64,000 nucleotides of DNA. It comes from Lama guanicoe. Taxonomy: Eukaryota. Below the pieces are notes generated by a model. That model made no database searches, was not told where the DNA came from, and was given only the letters and a program-made list of their open reading frames with translations. The number at the start of each line of letters is the position of its first letter. The first letter of the stretch is position 1. Where the stretch lies: NCBI GenBank assembly GCA_013239625.1, contig MU054338.1, forward strand, positions 4,750,724-4,814,723. Reading direction: 5' to 3'. The position numbers were made by a program, and so were the translations under genes. This document shows, piece by piece, positions 52,960 to 64,000 of the stretch.

Positions 52960-53484
52960 TGCCATGACTCTCAAAGTGGAAATTGCCTTGATGCTTTTTC
53001 CCACTGGTCTCACTTCTAGGAAATTACAGGCTGCACAAGCATCCTCCCATGGGTGTAAAAAAGAAATATTCACAAGGATATTTATTGCAGCAAAGCCTGG
53101 AATCAACCTGAATAACTTCCCCCCAAGAAATGGGGCAACCTAGACATTCTCCTGAAAATAGCTAATCAAGTCAGATATTTCAGATCTTCTGGATTTTCCT
53201 TGTACTTTCTCTGTTTTTTCTTCCTTCTCGGATGCCACTCCCATATGATGTCTGTCAACAAGCCGTAGGAACTTGCGATATTCTCTTATGTGTTTTTCGT
53301 GGACTTTATTTTTCCTTTGGGGAACTTTGAGGAGATAAAGGCGGGATGGGAAATGGACAGCTTGCTGTCTGCCCATCCTGCTCCCCAAGGGTGTATTTCA
53401 GCATGCCCACGTGGCTCTGTGAGCCTTAAAAATGCCCATTTCTGACGCTTATTCAAACCCACTGAGTTACTATTTTTCGCTCGA

Positions 53485-53875
53485 TTGTTTTTTATTGTGG
53501 TAAAGTACACATAACATAGAATTTACCATTTAAACCCTTTTAAAGTGTCCGGTTCAGTGACATTCAGTCCATTCACAGTGTTGTGCAATTTTTACCACTC
53601 TCCAGTTCCAAAATTTTTTCATCGCCCTGAACGGAAACTATTAAGCAATCATTTCTCGTGCCCTCTCCCCTCAGCCCTGGGCAACTGCTAATCTACTTTC
53701 TGTCTGTACGGATTTGCCTGTTCTGGACATTTAATATAAATGAGACCATATAATATGGGATCTTTTGTGACTTGCTACTTTCACCACTTAGCCTAATGTT
53801 TTCAAGATTCATCCATATTGTAGCATGATTATTACTTTATTCTCTCTTATGGCTGAATGATATTCCATTATCTAT
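53485..53875 (-). mobile_element. L1MB-type 3' fragment
   Basis: ttattgtggtaaagtacacataacatagaatttacc...gatttgcctgttctggacatt. Confidence 0.8.
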
Positions 53876-53941
53876 TGGATTTTGAATGCTCAGACCCACT
53901 CCAGGATCCCGTCTTGCACCCACACTTGAATCCACATTCCG

Positions 53942-54680
53942 TTTTTTTTTTTTAATTGAAGTATAGTCAGTTACATGTGTCAATTTCTGGTGTACAGCAT
54001 TATATCCTGGCCACGCACATATGTACATGGATTTGTTTTCACATTTTTTTCATTAAAGATTATTATAAGATATTGAATATAGTTCCCTGAGCTCTACAGA
54101 ATAAATTTATTTTTCTATCTGTTTTTATATACAGTGGTTAAAATTTGGAAATCTCAAACTCCCAAATTTATCCCTTCCAACCCTCTCCCCCCCAAGTAAC
54201 CATTAGATTGTTTACTATGTCTGTGAGTCTATTTTTGTTTTGTAGATGAGTTCATTAGAGTCCTCTTTTTCTTTCTCTCTCTTTTTTTTTTTTTTTTAGA
54301 TTCCAAATATAAGTCTTTTTTTTTGGTTTTTTTCTTTCTTTTTTTTGGTTTNNNNNNNNNNNNNNNNNNTCTCCAGGGAATGTTGCTGCAAATGGCGTTA
54401 TGCTGTCATTTTTATGGCTGAATAGTATTCCATTGTATAAATAAACTTTATCCAGTCGTCTGTCGATGGACATTTAGGTTGCTTCCATGTCTTGGTTACT
54501 GTACATAGTGCCGCTATGAACATTGGGGTGCATGTATCTTTTCCAATTAGAGTTCCCTCTGGATATGTGCCCAGGAGTGGGATTGCTGGAATACACAGTA
54601 TGTCTATCTTTAGTTTTTTGAGGAATCTCCATACTGTTCTCCATAACAGCTACACCAAACTGCATTTGCACCAGCTGTGT
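53942..54680 (-). mobile_element. Young L1 3' fragment (contains assembly gap)
   Basis: Poly-T then ttaattgaagtatagtcagttac...gaggaatctccatactgttctcc. Confidence 0.85.
54352..54369. other. Assembly gap (18 N)
   Basis: Run of n characters inside an L1 fragment. Confidence 0.99.
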
Positions 54681-55014
54681 TAGGAATGAACCCTCACTTT
54701 CTGAAGCCTGCGTTGTGGCTGAACTGCAGCCCGTGGGGATTTCTGAGTGAGGGGCTTCTCTTGGTTTCTGAAGCTGTTGGGCCATTGGTAAAATTGAGAC
54801 TTCCTCTTAATTTCAGGGAATTTAGACTGTGACTGGACTTAACAAATAAAATGCTTAGGGGATGGGAAAGAGTCCATGGTGAGCTATTTGTACCTGAATA
54901 ATACAAAAATATTAAGAAAGAGCCACCAATGTATCTGAAAACGTTATCACTGTGATGTTTGCCTCTCCTCTGCCTCCTTTCCTCCTCGCAGCATAATTTT
55001 CAAGAAAGATGAAA

Positions 55015-55195
55015 GATACTACATAGCACAGGGAACTATATTCAATATCTCATAATAACCTATGTTGAAAAAGAATATGAAAAGGAATATATAGATGTGT
55101 GCATAACTGAATCCCTGTGCTGTACACCGGAAACTAACACAACACTGTAAATCAACTATACTTCAAATAAAATTTTAAAAATTTTTTTAAAAAGA
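55015..55195 (+). mobile_element. Short L1 3' terminus
   Basis: atagcacagggaactatattcaatatc...tgtaaatcaactatacttcaaataaaa. Confidence 0.75.
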
Positions 55196-55997
55196 AAGAT
55201 GAAAGATGTGATGGAATGCATATAAAATACTTTTATTACTCAAAAGTATTTCCTTCAATTGTTGCAATGTAGAGGACTCTTCCCTACTGGCTGAGAGTGA
55301 CAGTTACCAGAATCTAGATGGAAAAGAATAGTATATAAAAATGTATAATGAAAAGAAAACTGTTTTCTAATATAAATAAATAATGGAAAAATATTCAGTG
55401 GGATTCTGTGACCTTAAGGAAAGACAAATTAAATCCGCATATGCTGAGGTGACAAAATCTCCAAGACATATATTATTATACCTCCCAAAATTAAATGAAT
55501 AGCAGTGTAAATGGAATACCATCATTTGCATTTTAAAGGGGAGGGGGGAGGTGCGGCACCACAGTGAACATATCCCCATTCACAGATGTTTCTAGATTCA
55601 TGAAGTATCTCTCAAAGAAGACACGGGAAACTGGTAATCCTTTTTTTTTTTTATCTCTTTGGATTGTTTTAACCTGTATGTTAATTTCCTTTTTAAGAAT
55701 CAGCATAAGACAAACATTTTTCAGAACAGCATCACCACAGCTACAAAGGGACATAAACTAAAATACAGAAGAACATTTTAAACACCAATAGCTTTGACCT
55801 ATTGAAAAAACAAACGATAGTATTTATAGGGACATAAAATAAGACTTGAATACATGTAAAGAAATATACTTTATTTCTGGGTAAGAAAAGAGAATATTGT
55901 ATAGGAGCCATTCCTCCTCCCCTTCTCCCAAAATAATTTATGTATCAAAATCTGTGTCTGAAGAATATAGGAAAATTATTCTGAAATTCATCTAGAG

Positions 55998-56195
55998 AAG
56001 GGTTTCTCAACCTCAGGACTATGGATATCTAGGGTCAGATAATTCTTTGTCATGGAGGCCGCACCATGCATGTGGGACGCTTAGCAGTACCCCTGGTCTC
56101 TAGGCCAGTAGCACTGCCCCAGTTGTGACCACCAAAATGCCTCCAGGCATGGCCAAGCGTCCCCCGGGATGCAAAATTCTGATGGAGAACCACTG
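55998..56195 (-). mobile_element. MER20
   Basis: ggtttctcaacctcagg...gataattctttgt...ccagttgtgaccaccaaaa...gagaaccactg. Confidence 0.75.
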
Positions 56196-57014
56196 GTCTA
56201 AAAGAATAAGCAAATCGGCATTGAGAAGAAAGACTCAGAATACAAGCGTAATTACGAAAGGCAGTAACACTTCCAGATATTAAAATGTTAAAATCTTATG
56301 AAGCTAAAATAAATTTAAATAGACACAAGTGTAGGCAGTTGAATCAATAGATCAGGAGGAGTAACTGAGAAATACACCCTCATTTCTAATCACGTATTTG
56401 TAAAGGAGACCCCTTACAAAGGTTACAGTCAGCTGGAAACAGAAAACTCTTCAGTCCCATCGTTCAGTAGAAGGAGCCTGGATAATGGTTTGGTAAATTG
56501 AGAAGGAATTCTATAGAGTCGTTAATGAATGGATTTCAAAATTACATCGAAAAGTGCACTTAAATGTAATTTGCTAAATTGAACATTTTTAATTGTCCTG
56601 TTCTTCTAGAACAATCCAGAAGAATGTAGAATTGGGTGTGTCTTAATCTTCCAGAGAGAGCACTTGCTAAGCCTAAAGTCACCCCAGATAGGATCATAAC
56701 GACTTTAAGATTCCCCTCCACAAAAATAGAAACGTCGACGCCCCCAAAAAGAAATGACTAAAATGAAAACATAAGCAACCGGAGGCGAGAACACATCCAA
56801 GAAGTGTGACACGAAGAGATTCTTATCAATGTCGCATAAAGGGTGTTTGCAGTCTGATAAGGGGTTAAGAAAGAGACCCCAGCAGATGACAAGCAAATGC
56901 TACCAAGGGGCTGCTTCCAAGAGAAAATGAAACCACCAAGAAACCGAGGATTCAGCTTAACTCTTAACCGAAGAACCAGGAGTGAGGGCGCTCATTCCTC
57001 TACCACATTTGCCG

Positions 57015-58270
57015 GTTTAAAGATGGCACACAGAAAGACAGAGATGACTGTGCGATCCAGCGAGCCCACTCCTAGGTGCGTACCCCCCAAGAAGGGAAGG
57101 CAGGGCCTCCGATGCTTGTACACCCGTGTTCGCAGCAGCATTATTCACAACGGCCAAGAGCTGGAGGCAATCCACGTGTCCATCAGTAGGCGATGGATAA
57201 ACAGAATGCAGTCTATGCATACAATGGAACACTATTCACGCTTAAAAAAAATAAATTCTGACACCTGCTACCACATGGACCAACCTTGAAGACATGATGC
57301 TGAGTGAAATAAGCCAGAGCAGAAAGGACAAATATTGTTGAATCCCATTTCTGCAAAGTAGCTACAGGAGTCAAATGCCCACAGAGGAAGCAGGTTACAG
57401 GTTACCAGGGGCTGGAGGGAGGGGAATGAGAAGTTGCTTAACTGTACAGTGTTTGGGATGATTTTTTTTTTAATTCTGGAAATTTGCCAAGAGATTAGAA
57501 TGTAAGCGTTCTAAAAAAAAAAGTAACTATGTGGGGCGATGGATGTGTTAATTAACTGGATTGTGGCAATTATTTCACAAAATATCTATATGTCAAATCA
57601 TCACACTGTACACTTAAAATGCAGACAATTTTATTTGTTATGTAAAGCTGGGGGGTCAGTCCTGGAAATGGACAGTGATAATAGTTATACAAAGTTGTGA
57701 ATGTATTTAATGTACTGAAATGTACACTTTAAGTCATTAAACTTGTGACTTTTAGGTTATGTATATTTTATCATTTTTTTTAAGGAACAAAAAAGACGTG
57801 GAGGAGTCTGCAATGCATCGCCCTAAGCCAAAAAAGCCAGTCTGAAAAGGCCACGCGTGTGAGTCCAACTGCACGACATTCTGAAAAAGGCAGAATTACA
57901 AAGATAGAATAAAGGCTGGTGCTTGCCAGGGGCTCAGGGATGGGAGTGGAAGGGAGGGGGAGAGGGATAAATAAAAGGAGAGAAGGGCTTTTTAGGGCTG
58001 TGAAACTATTCTGTGCAGTCCTGCCATGGTGAATTCATGTCAAAATCAAAGAAGACACAAGGCCAAGAGTGAACCCTTGGGCGAACACCCAACTTCAGTT
58101 CAACATTGGCTCCTCAGTTGTACCAAAGGCACCACACTACCGTGAGAGATGTTAGTAACAAGGAGAGTTCAGGGGAGAAGGAGGAAAAAGTAGGTGGGAA
58201 CGCTGTACTTTCTGCTCCATTTTTCTGTAAACCTAAAGCTACTCTATAAAAAAAATTTTTTAGAATAAAA
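57015..58270 (+). mobile_element. Cluster of old L1 3' fragments (L1MB/L1MC-like)
   Basis: gcagcattattcacaacggccaagag, tgagtgaaataagccag, aagccagtctgaaaagg motifs. Confidence 0.72.
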
Positions 58271-58287
58271 TTATTTAAAAATTTAAA

Positions 58288-58412
58288 GGGGGCAGGTATA
58301 GCTCAGTGGTAGGTTCAATCCCCAGCACCTCCATTAACAAAAAAAGAAAAAGGAAGGAAGGAAGGAAGGAAGGAAGGAAGGAAGGAAGGAAGGAAAAGAA
58401 AGAAAGAAGAAA
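58288..58412 (+). mobile_element. Internally deleted tRNA-derived SINE with (GGAA)n tail
   Basis: A-box gctcagtggtag fused directly to B-box gttcaatcccc; tail expands into a GGAA/GAAA microsatellite (~58352-58410). Confidence 0.72.
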
Positions 58413-58802
58413 TTAAATTTTTAAATATTTTTAAAACAGAAGAACACATCTGGGACCCCAAGGCCACATCAGTGAGATGCAGTGAAAACAGCCGTTGGTG
58501 GGGAGGGTTGGAGATGGATCCGAAAAGCCCTTTCCTGTCTCTGAACTGTTCCCAGGCGGGGCATGTGCCAGCTCTGACTTTGAATTCCTCCCCACCCCCA
58601 CCCCCACGCGCCCCGGTGTGAAGGGGCTGGCCTGACCCAGGCGTCTCCTTTGACTCCGGGACCCCCGCCCCACTGCTGGCTACCTTTCAGCAACTTTAAC
58701 CTCCGCTTTGCTGTACCGTCTCCAGCCCTGAGTCCTGAAACCACTCCTCCCATCATTCATTTAGCACACATTTACTGGGCATTTACTAGGTGCCAGGCTG
58801 AG

Positions 58803-59275
58803 TGTATCTGTTCCCTGCTGCTCCTGTAAGGAACTGCCTCAAACTCGGAGGCTGAAAACACATTTGTTATCTGATGGCTCTGGAGGTCAGAGGTTCCAAA
58901 TTGTCTGGCTAAGCAAAAATCAAGATGCTGGCAGGGTTGCGGTCCTTCTGAAGGTTCTAGAAAATCCATTTATTTGCCTTTTCCAGGGTTCTGGAGGTCG
59001 CCTGCATTCTTTGGCCCACAGATCACTCCTCCAGCTTCAAATCCGGCAACGTCAGGCCGAGTCCTTCTCACGCTGCCGTCTCTCTGGTTCTCTCTCCAGC
59101 TTGTCTTCCACAGTTAAGGACCCTTGTGATTACACTGGGCTCATCCAGATAATCCCGGATCATCTCCCTTCTCCAGGTCAGCTGATTAACAACCTTAATC
59201 CCTCTTTGCCACGTCAACCAACATATTCACAGGTTGGATCAGGAAGTGGACGTCTTTGGAGGGGCTGTTGTTCCC
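58803..59275 (-). mobile_element. MLT1 (D/E-like) solo LTR
   Basis: ctctggaggtcagagg...aaaatcaagatgctggcaggg...aaggacccttgtgattacactgggc. Confidence 0.78.
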
Positions 59276-60602
59276 CCTGTGGAAGTGGGCTTAAGTAAAA
59301 CAAACATGATCTCTGCCCTTGTTTGCAGAGCTGACAGGCTAGCGGCCGAAAACAAGCCATAAACGTGGGGTGGGAGGGAAGCAATAGTAAAGATGATTGC
59401 CGATAGCCAGGAAAGCTGTGAACAGACTGAAACAGCTGGAGCTGCTAAGAGGTGATAAAAGTGCCACGTGCAGGAGGATGAGCCCTGCGGCAGGCCCTGC
59501 GGAGACCGCCCAGTGGCGTGACACTGTACTGAGAAGAAGGCCCAGCTGTACCCGGCTTTTACGTTAATGCCACACCACTAGCTGGAAGGAGGAAACACCA
59601 AGACTCATAAATGCATGTCACCTTCGATGCTACCGTTCTGCCACCACCTCTAGTGACAAAGCAGCTCAGTGAGACTCTAACTAAAAGCCGCAGAGATCCG
59701 GGCAAAGGGGGCATCGTAAGGAGCAGGGCACAGCCCCACCCCCAGGGTGACTAACGGGAGGCAGTGTGCCGGCATATAAATGTGTGAGGCTCAGAGAGGA
59801 GACCGGACTAGAGGGCCTCCGGGGAGGAAAGGGGAGCCCCACATGGGTGAGGAGGTGGAGGAGTGACCCCAGCCTCCGAAGTCTGGTAAGGAGGGGTTAG
59901 TACTAGATCCCGAATGCGATGGGAAGCCAGCCACGGGAGGGCTTGAGACAGAAACGGAGCGCCGTCCCTCCGTACCCAAGCTTCTCCTCCATCATTTTTC
60001 CCATCTTGGTCAAGGGAGGTTCCTCCCCTCCCGCTGCACCAGCCAAAATAGTCATTGGAGTCACCTTATCACTCACTTCCAGTCCTTCAGAAGATTTTGT
60101 TGACTCTGCCAGCAACATCCATCCACCGTCTGAACACTTCCCCGACTTGGTCCAGTCCCCATCTTCATCGTCTGCACCAGCGCAGTCCCGCCATCCTGCC
60201 ATCCTGGTCCCCCTGCTCCTGCCTTCGCCTTTCACAGTCTGTCTTCCCCGATTCGACCAGCAGAGGGCGCCAGTGAGCACCTGAGTCAGGCCCCGCCCTC
60301 CTCTGCCCACAGCCCGGGGGGTCCCACCTCCCTCCCTCAGGGTGGAAGTCCAGGTCCTCCCTGCTCCCGTCCCCTCCCTGGACTCACCCCTTCCCGCTCC
60401 CGCACTGGCTCTTGCTCCCGCCTCCTCACTATTCCTCCAACGCCTCGGGCAGTCCTGCCTCAGAGCCTTTGTACCAGCTGTTCCTTCTGCCTGGAACACT
60501 CCTGCCGCGATATCCCCATGGCTCCCTCTCTCCCGTTTCGTCACCGCTCAGATATTAACCGCTCAGGGAGGACTGCTCTGATCACTCCATTTAAAATCCG
60601 CG

Positions 60603-60702
60603 GGCGAGTGGGGAAGGGAAACAGCTCAGTGGTGGAGCCTATGCTTAGGAGGCACAAGATCCTGGGTTCAATCCCCAGTACCTCCAATAAAGAAAAAGAA
60701 AA
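60603..60702 (+). mobile_element. tRNA-derived SINE (vic-1-like) inserted in L2
   Basis: acagctcagtggtggag...ctgggttcaatccccagtacctcc + A tail; approximate TSD aaaatc(c/t)gc. Confidence 0.78.
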
Positions 60703-60759
60703 ATCTGCATCACATCCCCAGTGGTTTCTATCCCCCATTCCTCTGTTTCTCTCCCTGTG

Positions 60760-61236
60760 GTTTTTGGTTTTTGTTTGTTTTTTTTTTAACATTTTTTATT
60801 GATTTATAATCATTTTACAATGTTGTGTCAAATTCCCGTGTAGAGCACAATTTTTCAGTTTTACATGAACATACATACATTCATTGTCACATTTTTTTCT
60901 CCGTGAGCTACCATAAGAACTTGTATGTATTTCCCTGTGCTGTACAGTCTAATCTTGTTATCTTTTATACAATTTTGAAATCCCAGTCTGTCCCTTCCCA
61001 CCCTCCACCCCCTTGGCAACCACAAGTTTGTATTCTATGTCTATGAGTCTGTTTCTGTTTTGTATTTATGTTTTGTTTGTGTTTTTTTTTAGATTCCACA
61101 TATGAGCGATCTCATATGGTATTTTTCTTTCTCTTTCTGGCTTCCTTCACTTAGAATGTCATTCTCCAGGAGCATCCATGTTGCTGCAAATGGCGTTATG
61201 TTGTCAATTTTTACAGCTAAGTAGTATTCCATTGTA
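60760..61236 (-). mobile_element. 5'-truncated young L1 with TSD, inserted in L2
   Basis: TSD ttctctccctgtg at 60747-60759 and 61237-61249. Confidence 0.88.
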
Positions 61237-61464
61237 TTCTCTCCCTGTGTTGATCACAGCTGAATATGCTGTCAGTTCTGTACTTTTATCATTTCTTGCC
61301 TGGCTCTCTCCTCTCAAGCACTAGATTCATAAGGGTGCGTGTCTCCCATGCAGAGCACCGCTAACCCCAGAGTGTGGTTACTGAGCAAGGAGCACCCATT
61401 AGCTGGAGGGATGGGCGACCTCTCTTCTAAGATCACTTTGGCTTTTGGTGGAGAATACATTCTG

Positions 61465-61820
61465 GAGCAGGGGTGGAATCAGGGGGAATGTGGTGCAGCT
61501 GTTGTAGAAAACAATTTGGTGGTTCTTCCAAAAGTTGAACACTGAAGTACCATACAATAGAGCAATCCCACTTCTGGGTATAGACTCACAAGAATTGAAG
61601 GCAGGGTCTCGAGGCGATATGTGCACACCCGTGCTCCCAGCAGCATGATTCACCACAGTCGGAAGGTGGAAACAACTCAAAAGTCTGTTGATGGATCAAC
61701 AAAATGAAGGTGGTGATGGTTGGACAAATGAGAACCTACTTAATGAACTGGACACTCAAAAACAGCTAAAGCGGTAAATTTTCTGTTATGTATGTTTTGT
61801 CACAATAAGAAGATAAAAAT
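61465..61820 (+). mobile_element. L1MB-type fragment
   Basis: tggtgcagctgttgtagaaaacaatttgg...agcaatcccacttctgggtata. Confidence 0.7.
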
Positions 61821-62226
61821 AAATCTTAGGGGGTCAAGGGAAAGAAAAAAATTACTTAGAAATTAATAGCGTGGTGGAAGATAATTTAGTGACCGGTGAG
61901 GACAGAAGACTCCTTAACGGATACTTTCATCGCGTTTATCACGCCCAGGTGTTCTTCTCAGTATTGGCACCTTGAATTGGTCCTACAGACAGGGAAACTG
62001 AGGCACAGAAGCTATGGCCACACAGCTGGCATGTAGACAACAGTAGGACTAGATTTTGAACTCAGGCATCCTGAACCACCATAAGGCTGGTCCTTTACCC
62101 TCCCCCTTCCCACTCTACTCATTCATCTGAAAAATGATTTAGGCTTCCTATATGTCATGCATTGAGTCCAATCCTTTGCATGTATTAACAGAGGTATTCA
62201 AACATCCATATGTGGTAGATATTATT

Positions 62227-62720
62227 TTTTGTGTGTATATTTTTTATTGAAGAATAGTCAGTTTACAGTGTTGTGTCAGTTTCTGGTGTACAGCATAATG
62301 CTTCTGTCATACATGAACATACATATATTCTTTTTCAGACAATTTTTCACCATAAATTACTACAAGATATTGAATATATTTCCCTGTGCTATACAGAATG
62401 AACTTGTTATTTATCTTTTATGTATACTAGTTAGTATTGGCAAATCTTGAGCTCCCAAAGTATCCCTTCCCACCTCCTTCCCCCCACCTGGTAACCATAA
62501 GTTTGTTTTCTATATCTGTGAGTCTGTTTCTTTTTGGTAAATAAATTTGTTTGTTTGTTTGTTTGTTTTAGATTCCACATATAAGTAATATCATATATTT
62601 TTCTTTCTCTTTCTGGCTTACTTCACTTAGAATGATGATCTCCAGGTCCATCCATGTTGCTGCAAATGGCATTATTTTATTCTTTTTTATGGCTGAGTAG
62701 TATTCCATTGTATAAATATG
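62227..62720 (-). mobile_element. 5'-truncated young L1 with TSD, inserted in MIR
   Basis: TSD tgtggt(a/g)gatattatt at 62211-62226 and 62721-62736; MIR resumes cccattctacagatgagtaaactgag. Confidence 0.88.
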
Positions 62721-63214
62721 TGTGGTGGATATTATTCCCATTCTACAGATGAGTAAACTGAGTCATGCACTCTTCTACAGAGGCTCTCACCTTCTCACTC
62801 CCCAGCTGGAAACCTTCCATGATGCTCCACTGCCCTCAGGCTGAAAATCTGAGTTCGCCTGAGCACCACATTCAAGGCTCCTGTCTAGCTCAGTATCTTA
62901 TTTTCACTTCCCAGTGCAGCACATGCCTTTGCCTCCGGCCATTCCCAACTTTTTGAGGAGGTGAATGGAAAAACCTTTTTCCAGCCTCATAGTCTTTGCA
63001 CGGGCTGTGTCTTCTGCTTACAAAGCTCTCTCCTTCAGCCCCATGAACCATGCTCTTGCAACGCCCAAGGCTCACCTCTGCCCCAGGTATTTTTCTCTGT
63101 CAGTTCTTTTGTTAATATATCCATTGGGATTGTAAGCTGAGAGCAGAGACGTGTGTTAGTGAGATGCTAACAGCTGCAAGTGTTAGAAACTCCAACTGGA
63201 AGTGGCTTAAATCT

Positions 63215-63595
63215 TAAGGGACAAATACTGTATGATCTCACTTCTATGTGGAATCTAAAAAAGCTGTACTCGGAAAAACAGAGAGGAGAGTGGCGGTTAC
63301 CAGTGGTGGGGGTGGGGGTGGGAGCTGAGGAGATGTTGTTTAAGGGTTCAAACTTGCAACTAATTTGTAGTGGATAAATACACCTAGAGATCTAATGCAC
63401 AGCATAGTGATGATAGTCAGCGATACTGTATTATAAACTTCAGAGTTACTGAGGGTTGCTTCCTTAATTATTCCCACCACAAAGAAGAAAAAAAGGGAAA
63501 TGATAATTATGTAATGTGACAAAGGTGTTAGCTTAACGCCGCGGTGGTAATCATACTGCAGTATACAAATACACCCAATCAACACCTTAAACCTA
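63215..63595 (+). mobile_element. L1MA-type 3' fragment
   Basis: acaaatactgtatgatctcacttctatgtggaatctaaaaaagc...gatctaatgcacagcatagtga. Confidence 0.78.
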
Positions 63596-64000
63596 GAAAA
63601 CTGCCTTTCATTTTAAAAGATCACTTAAGGGAACATAGTATCTCATAGAACAAGGAGGTTTGATGTGGGGTGGCTCCAGCATTCCCAAATTCAGCAGAAT
63701 CAGAATCCAAATTGTTTCCATTGCTTCACCCTTTCGTCAGCAGCGTGTTAAGTGAATGAAGATGCTGAGTTCAGTCTGAGGACACGTTGAGTGTCAGGAG
63801 CACCCTCCTCCGCGGTTGTGACAGTCAACAGTGTCTCCAGACTCAGCCAGATGTCCCCTGGAAGGCAAAATGAGCTCCAGGTAAGAACCACTGCGTTAGG
63901 ATAACGCCAGCTGCTATAGCAAGTACAGCCCAATGTTTTAGTCCCTTCCTGCTCATTTAGGACTGTCTCTTTCCAGACCTCAGTTTCTACTTCTGTAAAA

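Larger units (their letters stand above)
59960..61340. mobile_element. L2 remnant interrupted by a SINE and an L1
   Basis: ctgcctcagagcctttgtaccagctgttccttctgcctggaacac and related L2 3' motifs. Confidence 0.65.

Noticed and set aside
54300..54372. Unusual T-rich sequence next to the N run
   Set aside because: Looks like low-quality read end at an assembly gap; sister L1 copies (61090-61170, 62570-62650) show the normal sequence.

Overview
Mammalian genomic DNA, most likely camelid: the window holds seven tRNA-derived SINEs resembling vic-1, and I recognised no Alu, B1 or Bov-A elements. It contains the 5' end of the insulin receptor gene INSR on the minus strand. This comprises a CpG-island promoter (~47.7-49.5 kb), coding exon 1 (48270-48369, signal peptide), a 15.5-kb intron 1, and exon 2 (32193-32744, 552 nt, L1 domain plus start of the Cys-rich domain). 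More than 32 kb of intron 2 runs off the left edge, and ~15 kb of repeat-rich upstream DNA follows. No other protein-coding gene is supported. The rest is L1, L2, MIR, MLT1, hAT/Tigger fossils and microsatellites; family names come from motif recognition and their ends are approximate. Most notable: (1) exon 2 is flanked by an inverted MER58A pair, and its back-spliced circle would be a stop-free, endlessly in-frame ORF with a strong-context ATG; (2) a ~100-bp promoter segment is duplicated into intron 1, bracketing the core promoter and exon 1; (3) the 5' UTR has a single short uORF; (4) an mRNA 3'-UTR retrocopy splits a MER20 in intron 2. I see no prokaryotic-type system such as CRISPR or an operon.
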